Part shown: positions 14,691 to 24,989 of the stretch, piece after piece
Layout of the letters: the number at the start of each line of letters is the position of its first letter
Numbering within the stretch: the stretch's first letter is position 1
Source: Camelus ferus
Taxonomy: Eukaryota
Length of the DNA: 64,000 nt
Assembly (NCBI RefSeq): GCF_009834535.1
Contig: NC_045697.1
Coordinates: 65,350,001-65,414,000 of the forward strand
Direction: 5' to 3'
The notes under the pieces: model-generated
The model's database searches: none
The model's input: the letters and a program-made list of their open reading frames with translations, nothing else
Told to the model about the DNA's origin: nothing
Program-made: the position numbers and the translations under genes

Positions 14691-15430
14691 ACTTCATTTA
14701 GTTACCTACTAAGATCAGTGTAGTTCCAAGCTCAATGTAGTTGCTTCGCCCTGCTCTGAATTCAAAGTCTGTAATGTATTATCTATGCCATTCAGTTGAA
14801 ATGAATCATATACTTCAAATTATGTCTAATTTCTCTTCAGTAATATCAAAGGACTCCTGTAATCATTTGTTTATGTTTCTATATTCTGACTCCCAAATTG
14901 GATTGAAACACTCCAGCACACTGACATTATATATGTGTTATTGAAAGGGACCATAAATATTTACTTTACAGTGCTTTTTACATTGGTATCAAAATTATTT
15001 TGTATTCTTGCTTTACAAATTTTTAAGCATTCTTAATTTTTAAATATTTATTTGTTTCTATAACTCAAGCGTTCTTCCTCCAAACCGCAATTTTAATTAG
15101 CTACTGAATGTATAAAGCTTCAAATCTAGCTCTCAAGTAACTTTAAAAGTACTAGTACTATAAATGAGTTAGTAGCTTGTTAGTTCTATTTACAAATGGG
15201 GCAGTTCCTTCACATGGGCATTACACACTTGTATAATGTCTTCAAAGATACTTATCAAGGGAAAGCATTGCCATGCAAAAAATTACAGTATAGATTTAGC
15301 AGATGTGTGTTTAAAATAAAGGTTCCACTCTCAGTATCTCTATGTCTCAAAAAGAGTGAATGGCTTTCCAATTGACAGACTGTCAAGTTGTCAGTGTTTA
15401 TTCTGTTGCCAGGCGCCAAGTGTACACAAT

Positions 15431-15525
15431 GCCTGTGGCCTTACCACCTTGAGCAAGGATACTGTCAGCTCTCATAAGCTAAGCAGGATTGTTTCTGTGT
15501 AGGATTTGAATGTGAGGTTGACCAA
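15431..15525 (+). pseudogene. Degenerate 5S rRNA-derived sequence (5S pseudogene or 5S head of an AmnSINE1-type SINE)
   Basis: GCCTGTGGCCTTACCACCTTGAGC...TCTCATAAGCTAAGCAGG vs 5S GTCTACGGCCATACCACCCTGAAC...TCTCGGAAGCTAAGCAGG. Box A AGCTAAGC is retained. Confidence 0.7.
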
Positions 15526-16754
15526 GCCTCAAATTTTGGACTAGTCTTGGCCCTCTTGACATTGTATAAGTAGAGGTTTTACTTTTTTTTTTAAATTTGG
15601 TGAGAGTATGAAAAGAATTATTTAATTTTCACCAATGCCAGTCAAAACAAAGAGCTTTCCTGCTTTGATATTTTTTACATGCTCTTTTACTTTGATGTAA
15701 GGTGGTGCTTCATTCAGTAGAGGCTATGTTCAAGGTTTTAAGACACTGTGTATCCTTGAAGACAAATTCAGGTGAGCCTCAAAGCCAAAATTTGAAATCA
15801 TCAAGATTTTCTATATACTTAAACTTTCTCCAAGAATATAGTTGTTCCTGTTTCTGTTAATCATGAAACAAAATTTCCAAGATGAAAAGTAATTTAAATA
15901 ATAATACTCTATCCAGTCTTCTAAAACTAAATTTATTAGAAGACATTAAAATAAAGATTTGAATTAAATATTTAATTTAAAGGATAAGTTTATTCTTTTA
16001 GAAGAGGACTTGTACATAATAGCTTTTTTGCTTGTGCCTGAAGTCTTCTTTGTTTGGTTTGGTTTTGCCAATGCTACTCTTTTTATTGTGAAATCTGAGC
16101 TCCAGCATTAAAATTTAATACTCTTAATTTAATGTCTTTGAACTTTATCACAAACAGGAAAATAATGCCAGGGAAAATAGATTAAAACTGATTTCACAAC
16201 CAATCTTAATTGCATAGTAATGCTAAGTATCGTCATAAAATTGTTTTTTCATGTAAGTGGATGAAATAAAATGGTACAGCAGTGATATTCTAGCTCCTAG
16301 GTATAGTTGTTTTTTAAGTAGGCTTAGAATCTTTACTCGGGTTCTCCAGCATTAAATCTGCAAATTTAAAACCTACAGCTTTGCATTTTTGGGAAAACTT
16401 AATGTACTGTTTTTGCAAAGGGTATTACATAGATTGCCATTGGTCCTTTTTTAATGAATTGAAATGTTCTACTGCCTTGTACTTAGAAGAAAGCACAACC
16501 TTGCCTTCAAACAGCCAATTATTATATACTATACTGGTATTCTTCAATGTTGTGTTTGTATTCTGATTCTGCAAAATCTAAAATAACATTTTCCTTTACA
16601 TATTGTCCTGCTTTATGTTTCTTTTAGCACTTTTTGTAAGCTGATGTTATATACATACATATAATTTATACATACAGTCCTTATAAATGTGTATATATGT
16701 GTGCATATATGCATATGTAAACACACAAGTAAATATAATAAATTTACCTCTTTA

Positions 16755-16880
16755 TAGCCTGTCTTTCCCATTGTAATGTAACTTCAAGAGATGAGAATGT
16801 TCCTTTGTTCTTGCTATGTCTCCCAAAGCATGGCATATAGTAGATACTCATTAAGTAGTTAATAGATGAACTAATGAATA
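16755..16880 (+). mobile_element. L2 3' tail
   Basis: ...TGGCATATAGTAGATACTCATTAAGTAGTTAATAGATGAACTAATGAAT. Confidence 0.6.
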
Positions 16881-17299
16881 ATGTGCATACTGACATAAGA
16901 ATCTAAGATTCTTTTCTGCATCTACAAGTGTAACAGCTGTGAAAATAAATAATAAAAAATATGCACACATAAATGATTGTTGACATGCCAGATTAGAAAG
17001 TGTTTGTGTAATTGCACCATTTCCATCATTGTATCCTTAATGCCTAGCAGAGTTGGCCCTTTTGGTCACAAAAAATACAATCAATAATTTTAGTGATTAT
17101 TAGGTTGGAGTTTTTATATTTTGTATATTTTGTTTTCAGGGATTCAGAGAGAACAGGGATATAGTAGTTTGATTATTTTAAGCAAATACATTGATTATTC
17201 TAGGCAAAATAGAAGGGCACACAGAAGTACAGGTTTGTTAGCAATTATTGGTATTTGTAATTCCAGATCATTTTCAAATGACTAGACTAGATTTAATAT

Positions 17300-17499
17300 T
17301 TTGTAATGTGGAAAACATGCATAGCCTTTTCGGTCAGACATACCTGGGTTAAAATTCTGTCAGTTACTGACTGTGATCTTAGGACTACTAAACCCAGTGA
17401 ATCTCAATTCCTTTATCTGTAAAATGTGTATAATTTTATAAGAGATATCTATTCCTTAATATTGTTGTAAAGATTAAGTGAAAGTATGTTTGTGAGTTA
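17300..17499 (+). mobile_element. MIR SINE whose tail is the insertion site of the bornavirus-like element
   Basis: GTCAGACATACCTGGGTTAAAATTCTG...CTCAATTCCTTTATCTGTAAAATG...TTGTTGTAAAGATTAAGTGA follows the MIR consensus up to the left TSD. Confidence 0.75.
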
Positions 17500-17529
17500 T
17501 ATAATGAATAGATAATTAAAATAGTGCCA

Positions 17530-18289
17530 ATTTGAAAATGGATAGTAAACTATGTGATTCATTTTTAAGCCAACACAAGAAATACAAAAGTTGTTTCTGT
17601 TGCTATTCTGACAAGAAATTGCTATATGAGGTGGAGGAATAATTTCATTTTAGACATGATTGACAGGGCATTATGCATGACAATCACAGTGATAACATGA
17701 AAAATTAACCTTTTTATTGTTTAATGTACTTTCTGAATCTAAAATTCTACAGGTCTGTTAATCAAAACTTGGAAGCATCTGTAATTTAATAGGAAGCTAA
17801 TAGCAGAGAATCTGGTAGCCAACATAGCCTGCATAAACCCAGTGTTTATAATTAAACTCATTATTGGAAAATCTGCCATCCTTATTTACTATTACATTTC
17901 TAATGATAAATTTATGTCTTGGAAGCCTTATATAGTGGAGAGAATCTAGAAAATACTCTGAATTGACAATCTGTTGTGAACATTCCAACTTTTTTTCTCC
18001 TACCCTACTATATATATAATATATGTGATAAATTTAGCTCCATCAGCTTTTATTTTGGTGTGTCTTCAAAAAATACTGTGTATCTCAAACTCATGTGAAA
18101 TTTAATCTAGTACCTTATAAAATTTCCAGTCTGCTAGACCTTCAAAATAATTGACCCAGCAGCCTACTGATGGGTAAGGGAACTCTACACTATTGAAAAG
18201 TATATACTGTGGACTGGATCATTTCTGCCTCAAAGGGAACCCATCTCCTATTGCTACATAGACGAAAGAATTACAGCTATATCCAGTGA
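17530..18289 (+). pseudogene. Bornavirus-like glycoprotein remnant (EBLG; end of GP-N and GP-C with membrane-proximal region), multiple stops and frameshifts
   Basis: TKVVS (17584-98) ~ BoDV SKIVS. KLTFLLFNVLSESKILQ/SLLI (17702-17763, 1-nt frameshift) ~ [21 protein letters not shown] with no gap. NDKFMSW (17902-22) ~ NVTFMAW. NLVPYKISS (18104-30) ~ DLLPYTRSS. TFKIIDPAAY*WVREL (18138-85) ~ SFAFLNPLGWLRDL. A basic tail LLLLHRRKNYSYIQ* ends at 18289 in another frame. Confidence 0.8.
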
Positions 18290-18359
18290 TGGTTAGAGTT
18301 AGTCTGATCTTTCTGAAAGAGTTAGCTGTTGCTCGGATTGAGATAACTTCTGAGGGAGT

Positions 18360-18780
18360 CCTGCTTCAGGCAAGCAGCATTCACTGCCTCAAGAGAACAG
18401 GAGCTATCTCTTTTGGTGGATGGGATGATGCTGACTTCCTAGCACGGAGAAAAGATACCTGATAGTGTACAATTCCAGTTCAAATTTCTATCAAATTAGA
18501 ACTAACAACTTTTTTTGGAAAGACTACAAAATCTGGATTGCTTGCCTGGTATGGATTATTTTACTGCTTCTGAGGAAAGAGCTTATTATGAGGAAAGTTG
18601 GTGCTATTAACATGCAGACTATCAGTAAATCTTTACAGACATGTGTGCTTGTAAAAAGATCCAGAAAGTCTGTGGCTAAAGACTGACTGTGTTAAAAGTT
18701 CAAGACCATATCTGATACAAAGGAGGCAAGGTTCAGTTTCCTTCCCAATCTACTGGACAGCACCCACTGTAAGAACACTA
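18360..18780 (+). pseudogene. Bornavirus-like matrix protein remnant (EBLM)
   Basis: GW (18418-23)/MML, then exactly 17 codons, then FLS (18485-93), matching the spacing of BoDV M GWPTLML-x17-FLS. DYFTASEERAYYEESWCY*HAD (from 18554) ~ DYFTIDVEPAGHSLVNIYFQID with D,Y,F,T,E,A,Y,D in register. KDP at 18655-63 ~ YKDPIRK. Ends are approximate. Confidence 0.72.
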
Positions 18781-18873
18781 GAATCTACCTCACTCCAACA
18801 CAACAGACACAGACATACAACACACACCACGACCACCGATGAAACTCCAGTCCAGCTCAGATCCACCCACACA

Positions 18874-20200
18874 ATGTAGTTTCAGCTACAAATGGTGATT
18901 AATATCCAGGACCCACCACCGGAGCAATGATCATTAAAGCAATCTAAGTTAAGAGTACACAAAATTGAGAAGCATTTGCTCATATGTTCTCCTTTAGCAA
19001 GGTCTCATTGTCCTGCTTGAACTTTACGTGGAGATAGCAAAGATTTATTTCAAATAGGTTGAGTGAAGGGGTTACACAGCATGTGAGTCATTTGTCCACA
19101 TAGTCAAAATTCACAACAGATTCATTTGTTATATGGTGACATGCCTGGTACAGTAGATTCAGTTGAACCATAATCCCAAGGGTTTGTCATTGTACCTCAA
19201 ATTATCTGCTTTCTTTCGCCTCTAAATTTCTCTGTAGTCTGGTGAAATATTTGATTTTAGATCTTTCATTTTTCTCCCGGGCCTGTCTTGACTCCTTCAG
19301 GGGATTATAAATTCTCTTTCAACAGGAACTGGGTTTTATGTATTGGAGTGATTATAAAAATTTAAATAATCTGGGCACATAATCTCACCAAATTTGCTAA
19401 CAGAACTTTCACAACTCATTTGTTTGGGGGTTCTTAATTCAAACTAATGAATTATTATATTCATGTTAGTGATGAATAATTGAAATTGTAATCATGACTT
19501 TTGGTCACTGCTGACTGCATTGCCTCCTTTCTTTTCTTCCCCCTAGTAATTTGATCTTCCTTTGTGACCAGGAGACTTGACACACTAATGCTAGTCAGAC
19601 ACTATTACATTAAGACTTTTGTCCCAATTAAGCTGTTCTATGGTGATTGGAAAATGAGGAGGTTGGCATTTGTTCATTTATTTTGAATAGAAACTATGTT
19701 ATTAGAAAAATGTTTTTTGAGACTTGGGATGGCTTGGATGTATGAACTATTGCCCCTTTAAAGTTTCTGCCATTAATTTGGATATTGTTTCCTCCAAGAT
19801 TTCTTTCTTGGCAGTATGTTGCAATAAAAACAAGTAACACAATTTGTTCCATTTTCAAAGAGTAGAAACAATTGATTTGCATGCTAAAACCAGTAAGTAT
19901 TGACTGTGCTATAAAGACAGGAATCTGCTGTTTAGCAACTGATCTTCATCCCCAGTAGCATGGAGACTGTCGACATGTGGTTATGAATGGACTGCATGTT
20001 CCTCACTCTACTCTTGGTCTTTGAGGAGAGAATATTCAAATGTATGGTATTTTTACTGAGACCTTGGACCCGTACTACCTATTAAGGCAAACATGATCTT
20101 ATTTATCTGATGGAAAATATTTCCTTCTTTAATCATGCCTCTCTTTGAAAATGTGTACAACTTCATAATCTTGCATCCAATAAATGTTTATTTCTGGCTA
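18874..20200 (+). pseudogene. Bornavirus-like L polymerase remnant (EBLL): N-terminal pieces joined to the C-terminal third, RdRp core absent
   Basis: KHLLICSPLARSHC (18970-19011) ~ NHFLAAADTAKSRC. IHLLYGDM..VDSVEP*SQGFVI (to 19191) ~ INLPHDDY..IKSIFPYSQGLVM. CIGVII (19339-56) ~ CLGILI. WAHNLTKFA (19372-98) ~ WANLERFS. SKSRN (19855-69) ~ SKSRNQ. LATDLH (19932-49) ~ VALDLCH. LHVPHSTLG (19992-20018) ~ VDIPHSLAG. LFENVY (20141-58) ~ LFRPIY. Confidence 0.8.
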
Positions 20201-23200
20201 TGAAAAATGAAAAAAAAAGCATTTTCGAGCTAGTCATGTAGTTCTGTTTTAAAATGTTTCATATTTAAAATTCTCTTTGTAATTGTTTAGTTTGGTGGTC
20301 TTCTGATAGCAGGGTTACAGGCTGTTGCTACTGTTAGTTTCCTCTTTACATTTTCCTATGTTTTCCAGATTTTCTGCAAAGGGCATATAATACTGTTATA
20401 ATTAGAAAAAAAAAGTTAAGTTTTAAAAGTTAAAAATAATTTTGAAGTTCTCTTTGTATTTAGAGGAGAGAAACTATTTCTGAAACTTCATCAGAAATAT
20501 CAAGTAATTGAGAATTTGAGGACAAAAGTTTTCAAGTCTGTATTTGAAAAAGTCTGCTCTCTGGCTCTGGCATTCTCTGATTCTTTCATTCCAATGCCAT
20601 CGTGCTTTCATAAAGCATTCTGAAGTGCTGTTTTTAAAATGGCAAAACAATTCATTTTATTTGTTTCCAGATACTATCTATGACATTAGAATATACAATT
20701 TATATCTCATTTGAAGGATTATACCATGTTGAATTAATTTGTAGCCTTATTTATTAAACAATCTATTTTTAATTAAGATAAATGTATCTAATATAATTTT
20801 ACAGAATGGCAATTTTACATATAATAATAAACCTAAAAATTCTTTCCATAACCAACATGATTTTTAATATGTGAAATTTGTCTTCAAATGATTTCCTTTG
20901 GTGAGAGTTTGATAGGACGTTGAAACAATACCTCAGAATTATACATTTATTTGTTCTAACTTAAAAAAATTAATATTTGATACCTTTTCCTATAAAATTT
21001 AGGTTACTTGGATTTTATGGTAAATAATTAATTTAAAATAATTTATAATTAAATAATTTCATATTATCTATAAGGTCTTATTAAAATATAAATGTCCACA
21101 TTATTTTATATCCTGAAACTAGTAGTCCATGCTGGATCCCAAGTGTTTGCTAACCATTAAAAAAGTAGATAAATGACTGAAGAAGTAATAAAGATTTTTA
21201 AAAGCTTAAAATAAAAACAAAACATGTCTTATTCCTGCTCTGATCTGCAGTTTCCATAGGCACTTAAATCATCAAATATATATCATCCAAAATTTTGTCA
21301 TGCTCAAAAGAATTCTGATGGGCAGTTTTTTAAGGTGATGGTTAAACATTTTTATTCAAAAATAAAGCCTTATTATTTAGATGCATAGCATTATTATCAA
21401 TTATTAAGTCCATGCAACTTGGGTGTTGTTGACATATATTCCACTTCTTGTTGAGGTTACAAATGTTATTTTGAGGAACAGTTTTTTGACTTTAAATTGT
21501 CAGCATTTTCACCAGGGTCTTAAATGTCTTTCCAGTAAATTCTGTATGAATTTAATAAATAATTTATTGAAGTTGTATAGAAAGCTGAGTTTGCATAGCA
21601 TTCTTTCTAACATGGAAAATGAATGTTTGAAAATGGAGATGATCTTTTTAGTAATTAGAGGCACTTTTATTAATAACAGCAATTCAGGTGCATTGAAGGG
21701 GTTTTATACTTATTGGCAATGAACTTTGATTTTAAAATATTCAGTAAATACACTTTATCGGGGTTATTAAGATTCATTATAATAGTAAAATAGTATTTCT
21801 AGAATTATTTTTTATAATCAAAAGTGAAAAATGAATCTCACTGTAAAAAATAATTTTAAAATACCTTGGATTAATAGGTTATGCCTTGAAATGTCTAATT
21901 AATAAAATGAATGCATCTAGCTGAATATAATCACCCTGAGAAAGTCACTTGATGCTCATGAGGAGAAAAGTACTTATCTGCTGAAAATGTTTTCAAGTAA
22001 TTCTTAATCAGAAGCTATGGAAAGTTTTATTACCCTGGAGTGCTTGAATAAAAGTAGTTTTTGTGGGTTTAAATTGGAAAAGCATTTGAAATGCTTTGCT
22101 TGAGATTTCTTCTTTTGATTCATTCAAGTCTGATATGAATCTGTATCCCAAACTGAGATGAGAAATCTTTCAGACCCAGACTAATGCATTTCAGAATGTC
22201 TATTGCCATTTAGAGCAATAGTATGATCTGAATAAGTGTATTTTCATTAAATAGGAGACAATGTCTTTTAGGATTGTGGGGAAAAGTCAGATTTCTGTCT
22301 CTCATATAGGAAATGCTGTACTAATGGATATTTTTCTCTTCCAAAGAAAATTGGAAACTGGAGAATTACTCTTGCGGCAAACAAAATAATTCCAGTTCAG
22401 GAACTGGGTTCTTGTCCATTCTTTAACATACCAAGTTGCAGCTGTTAAGTGAAATATCTCTATCTTACAGATGTAGACCTGAGTTTTGTGGATTGAAGAC
22501 CCTCTTAAAAATCATTAGTTTGTTTGAATAACCAAGCCTAGAGTTCTAGACTTCCATGTTTTTTCCACTGCATTAAAAGTTCTTTCCACAATTTCAAAAC
22601 CTATACCTTTTATGGTAAACAGTAAAGGTGAGATCAGTTCTGTTTTTTTTTTTTTTCTTTCAGATTCTAAGTCTGGAACAATCTTGAAATGTATTCATAG
22701 TTTTTTTATAGCTTATTAAATCCCAAGGGAAAAATCTGCTGTATTTAAAATCTCACTAATAAAAATTTCTCACATTTTCCTAGAAAATAACGTCAATCCT
22801 CATGCTTTTCTCTTGAAACTCCTGATTATTAAAATATGTGTAGATATTTTTGTCTATGTTTTATTCTACTTTTAACTTTATTCTACTATGCTTTATGTAA
22901 TATTTAATTTTTAGTCTTGTCTTTTTTTTTTTCCTTTCTCTGTTCGATTTTGATTTGTCATTGTAGAGGTAATAGTTCCATTCATTTGTTCAAAGTCTTA
23001 TTTTCTTTTCAGTGACAGCTACATTTTACCTTACTCTGAATTGACATTCAGTTTTAGCTTACTATTGTTAACAAAAGCCCATTTTGATTAAAAATAAATG
23101 GGTGCAGGTGAGGGTGACTTGAATTTCTGATAGAATATTTTCATAAATTATTTTTAATGAGATGTTTTATAATCCTAAGTAGAGTTTTCCAGCCACAGTG

Positions 23201-24581
23201 TTTTTTGCCACAATGTAGTCAGACAAAAATATATTTGAGCTACTATGCCAGCTATCTTTTTTTCAAGATGAGGTTTGGGTGACTCATGACATAGCAAGGA
23301 TAGCCCGATGTTGAAGGAAAAAAATCACAGATTCAAGACCATGTAATATCAGCAAGCAGTTATGAGTACTTACTATTGATAGAGTTATCTTTTTTAATGA
23401 GAATTTAGATAGAGATGATAGATAGATGACAGATACATAATAGGAACATGATAGATGGTGTGGATATACATATCTTTATAAACACAAAAGCAACATAGAC
23501 CAAAGACATACTGTATTCATAACATATACAGAGAGAGAAATAGGTAAGATATTTTGTGAGTTATACTATATGTTAAAAGCTTCATAACAGACACATTTAC
23601 ACACACAAATAACTCTGATGCTGCTTTGGATCTTATATTTAATTAGTGTGGTAGCATAAGATATAGAAATCTAAAATTACCAGAACATTAAGATTGTGCT
23701 ATGCTTATGATTGTATAACTTTATTAAAACAACTGATTTGAAAATAATTTGCTTATTTTTGGGGGGGCATGCATGTAGAACAAAAAAAGAAGTAGTGGCA
23801 GCAGAAGATTCACAACTAATTTAACAACTTAATAATCAAGTCAATAATAAGTAGAAAAAAGCAAAATTCATTCTGGATGATTTGAAACATAGAAATACAT
23901 TATATTTGTAGTGCCTAGCATTTTAATCTGATTTACCTGATTTACTTAATAGCAATAATGGAAATTAGCCCCAAATATAAGAGATATCAAGAAACTAGCT
24001 AAAGTTTTGATTGTCTGATGCCTTAACTTGGATATAATTAATAATTGAATTTAGAAATTATTGAAGAAAAGGAATTATGTAGCCTCATTACATTTTTTTC
24101 TCATTACATTTTAATCAGTGATGCAGCTCAATGTGATGCAATCACATGGTGTTTAAGGGTAGTAGGCAATGAAACCAATAATTTATAGATTAGTCTAGCC
24201 ATAATTTAAAATATTATAATTCAGGAAATAGTCTAATCATTTTTATTTATAGAATACTAATTTTACAAATATTAAAAATTGCTTCCACAGATAGAAAGAA
24301 TTTAAACCTGTAAAGAATAAACTAAGAATGTATTTCATATTTTTATCTTTAGTGAAGAATTCTTTTAATATTAACCACTTACTAAAGAGAACTGTTATAA
24401 AGTATTTTAAGACAAATTGCATTTTTAATGTTAAAGCCTGTCCTTAATTTTGATAGCATTTTATGAATTCTCTTTCCTGCATTGTATAACAAAAATATGC
24501 TTTTTGAATAACATTATATGTGAATGCCCCTACCTGGTAATATCTACTCACTATTTTCCTACTTCCCAATTAAAAAAAAGT

Positions 24582-24690
24582 GTTTTTTGAAGTATAGCTG
24601 ACTTACAATGTTGTGTTAGTTTTAGGTGTACAGCAAAGTGGTTCAGTTATGTATATACATATATATTCTTTGTCAAATTCTTTTCTGCAG
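24582..24690 (-). mobile_element. Very short L1 3' end
   Basis: TTTTTGAAGTATAGCTGACTTACAATGTTGTGTTAGTTTTAGGTGTACAGCAAAGTG, the same type of tail as the L1s at 37.4 and 54.7 kb. Confidence 0.8.
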
Positions 24691-24989
24691 GTCCAGTTTT
24701 TTCCTTAACTTCAACAAGGCACAGAAACGAAATATAATCTTTCTAATTGTTTGTTGCTGGGAAAATTACTGACAATATAAAATATTTTGATTCTACTGAA
24801 TTATTATAAAATATATACACAGAATTACAGGAATACTATAATTGCAGACCACACTTTTTAAAAATATGGTTCCCATGGAAGCATGTAATTCTTGCTTCAA
24901 AAGATAAAATCTGGTTGCTTGAATAGTAAAGTCTGTACTGTTACGGAAAGGACAGTAATGGGCCTTAACGAACAGAAAGGACTTGGACG

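Larger units (their letters stand above)
17500..20215 (+). other. Endogenous bornavirus-like element (EBL), G-M-L multigene retrocopy, 5'-truncated and internally deleted
   Basis: About 20 collinear peptide blocks resemble Borna disease virus G, then M, then L (see sub-features). AATAAA at 20179-20184 and A-tract at 20203-20218. Degenerate TSD AAAGTATGTTTGTGAGTTA (17481-17499) / AAAGCATTTTCGAGCTA (20216-20232). Confidence 0.82.

Noticed and set aside
17690..17712. CATGAAAAATTAAC resembling a rhabdovirus stop/start signal
   Set aside because: The A-run is too short, and it falls inside the frame aligning to bornavirus G (HEKL).
18465..18686. 73-aa ORF from the ORF track as a protein product of the viral relic
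   Set aside because: It is not the frame carrying the M-like motifs (FLS, DYFT). No intact viral ORF survives, so protein-level domestication is not supported.
21423..21722. 99-aa ORF and surrounding AT-rich stretch as a continuation of the viral element or a transposase
   Set aside because: It lies beyond the polyA/TSD and I recognise no motif on either strand; left unassigned.
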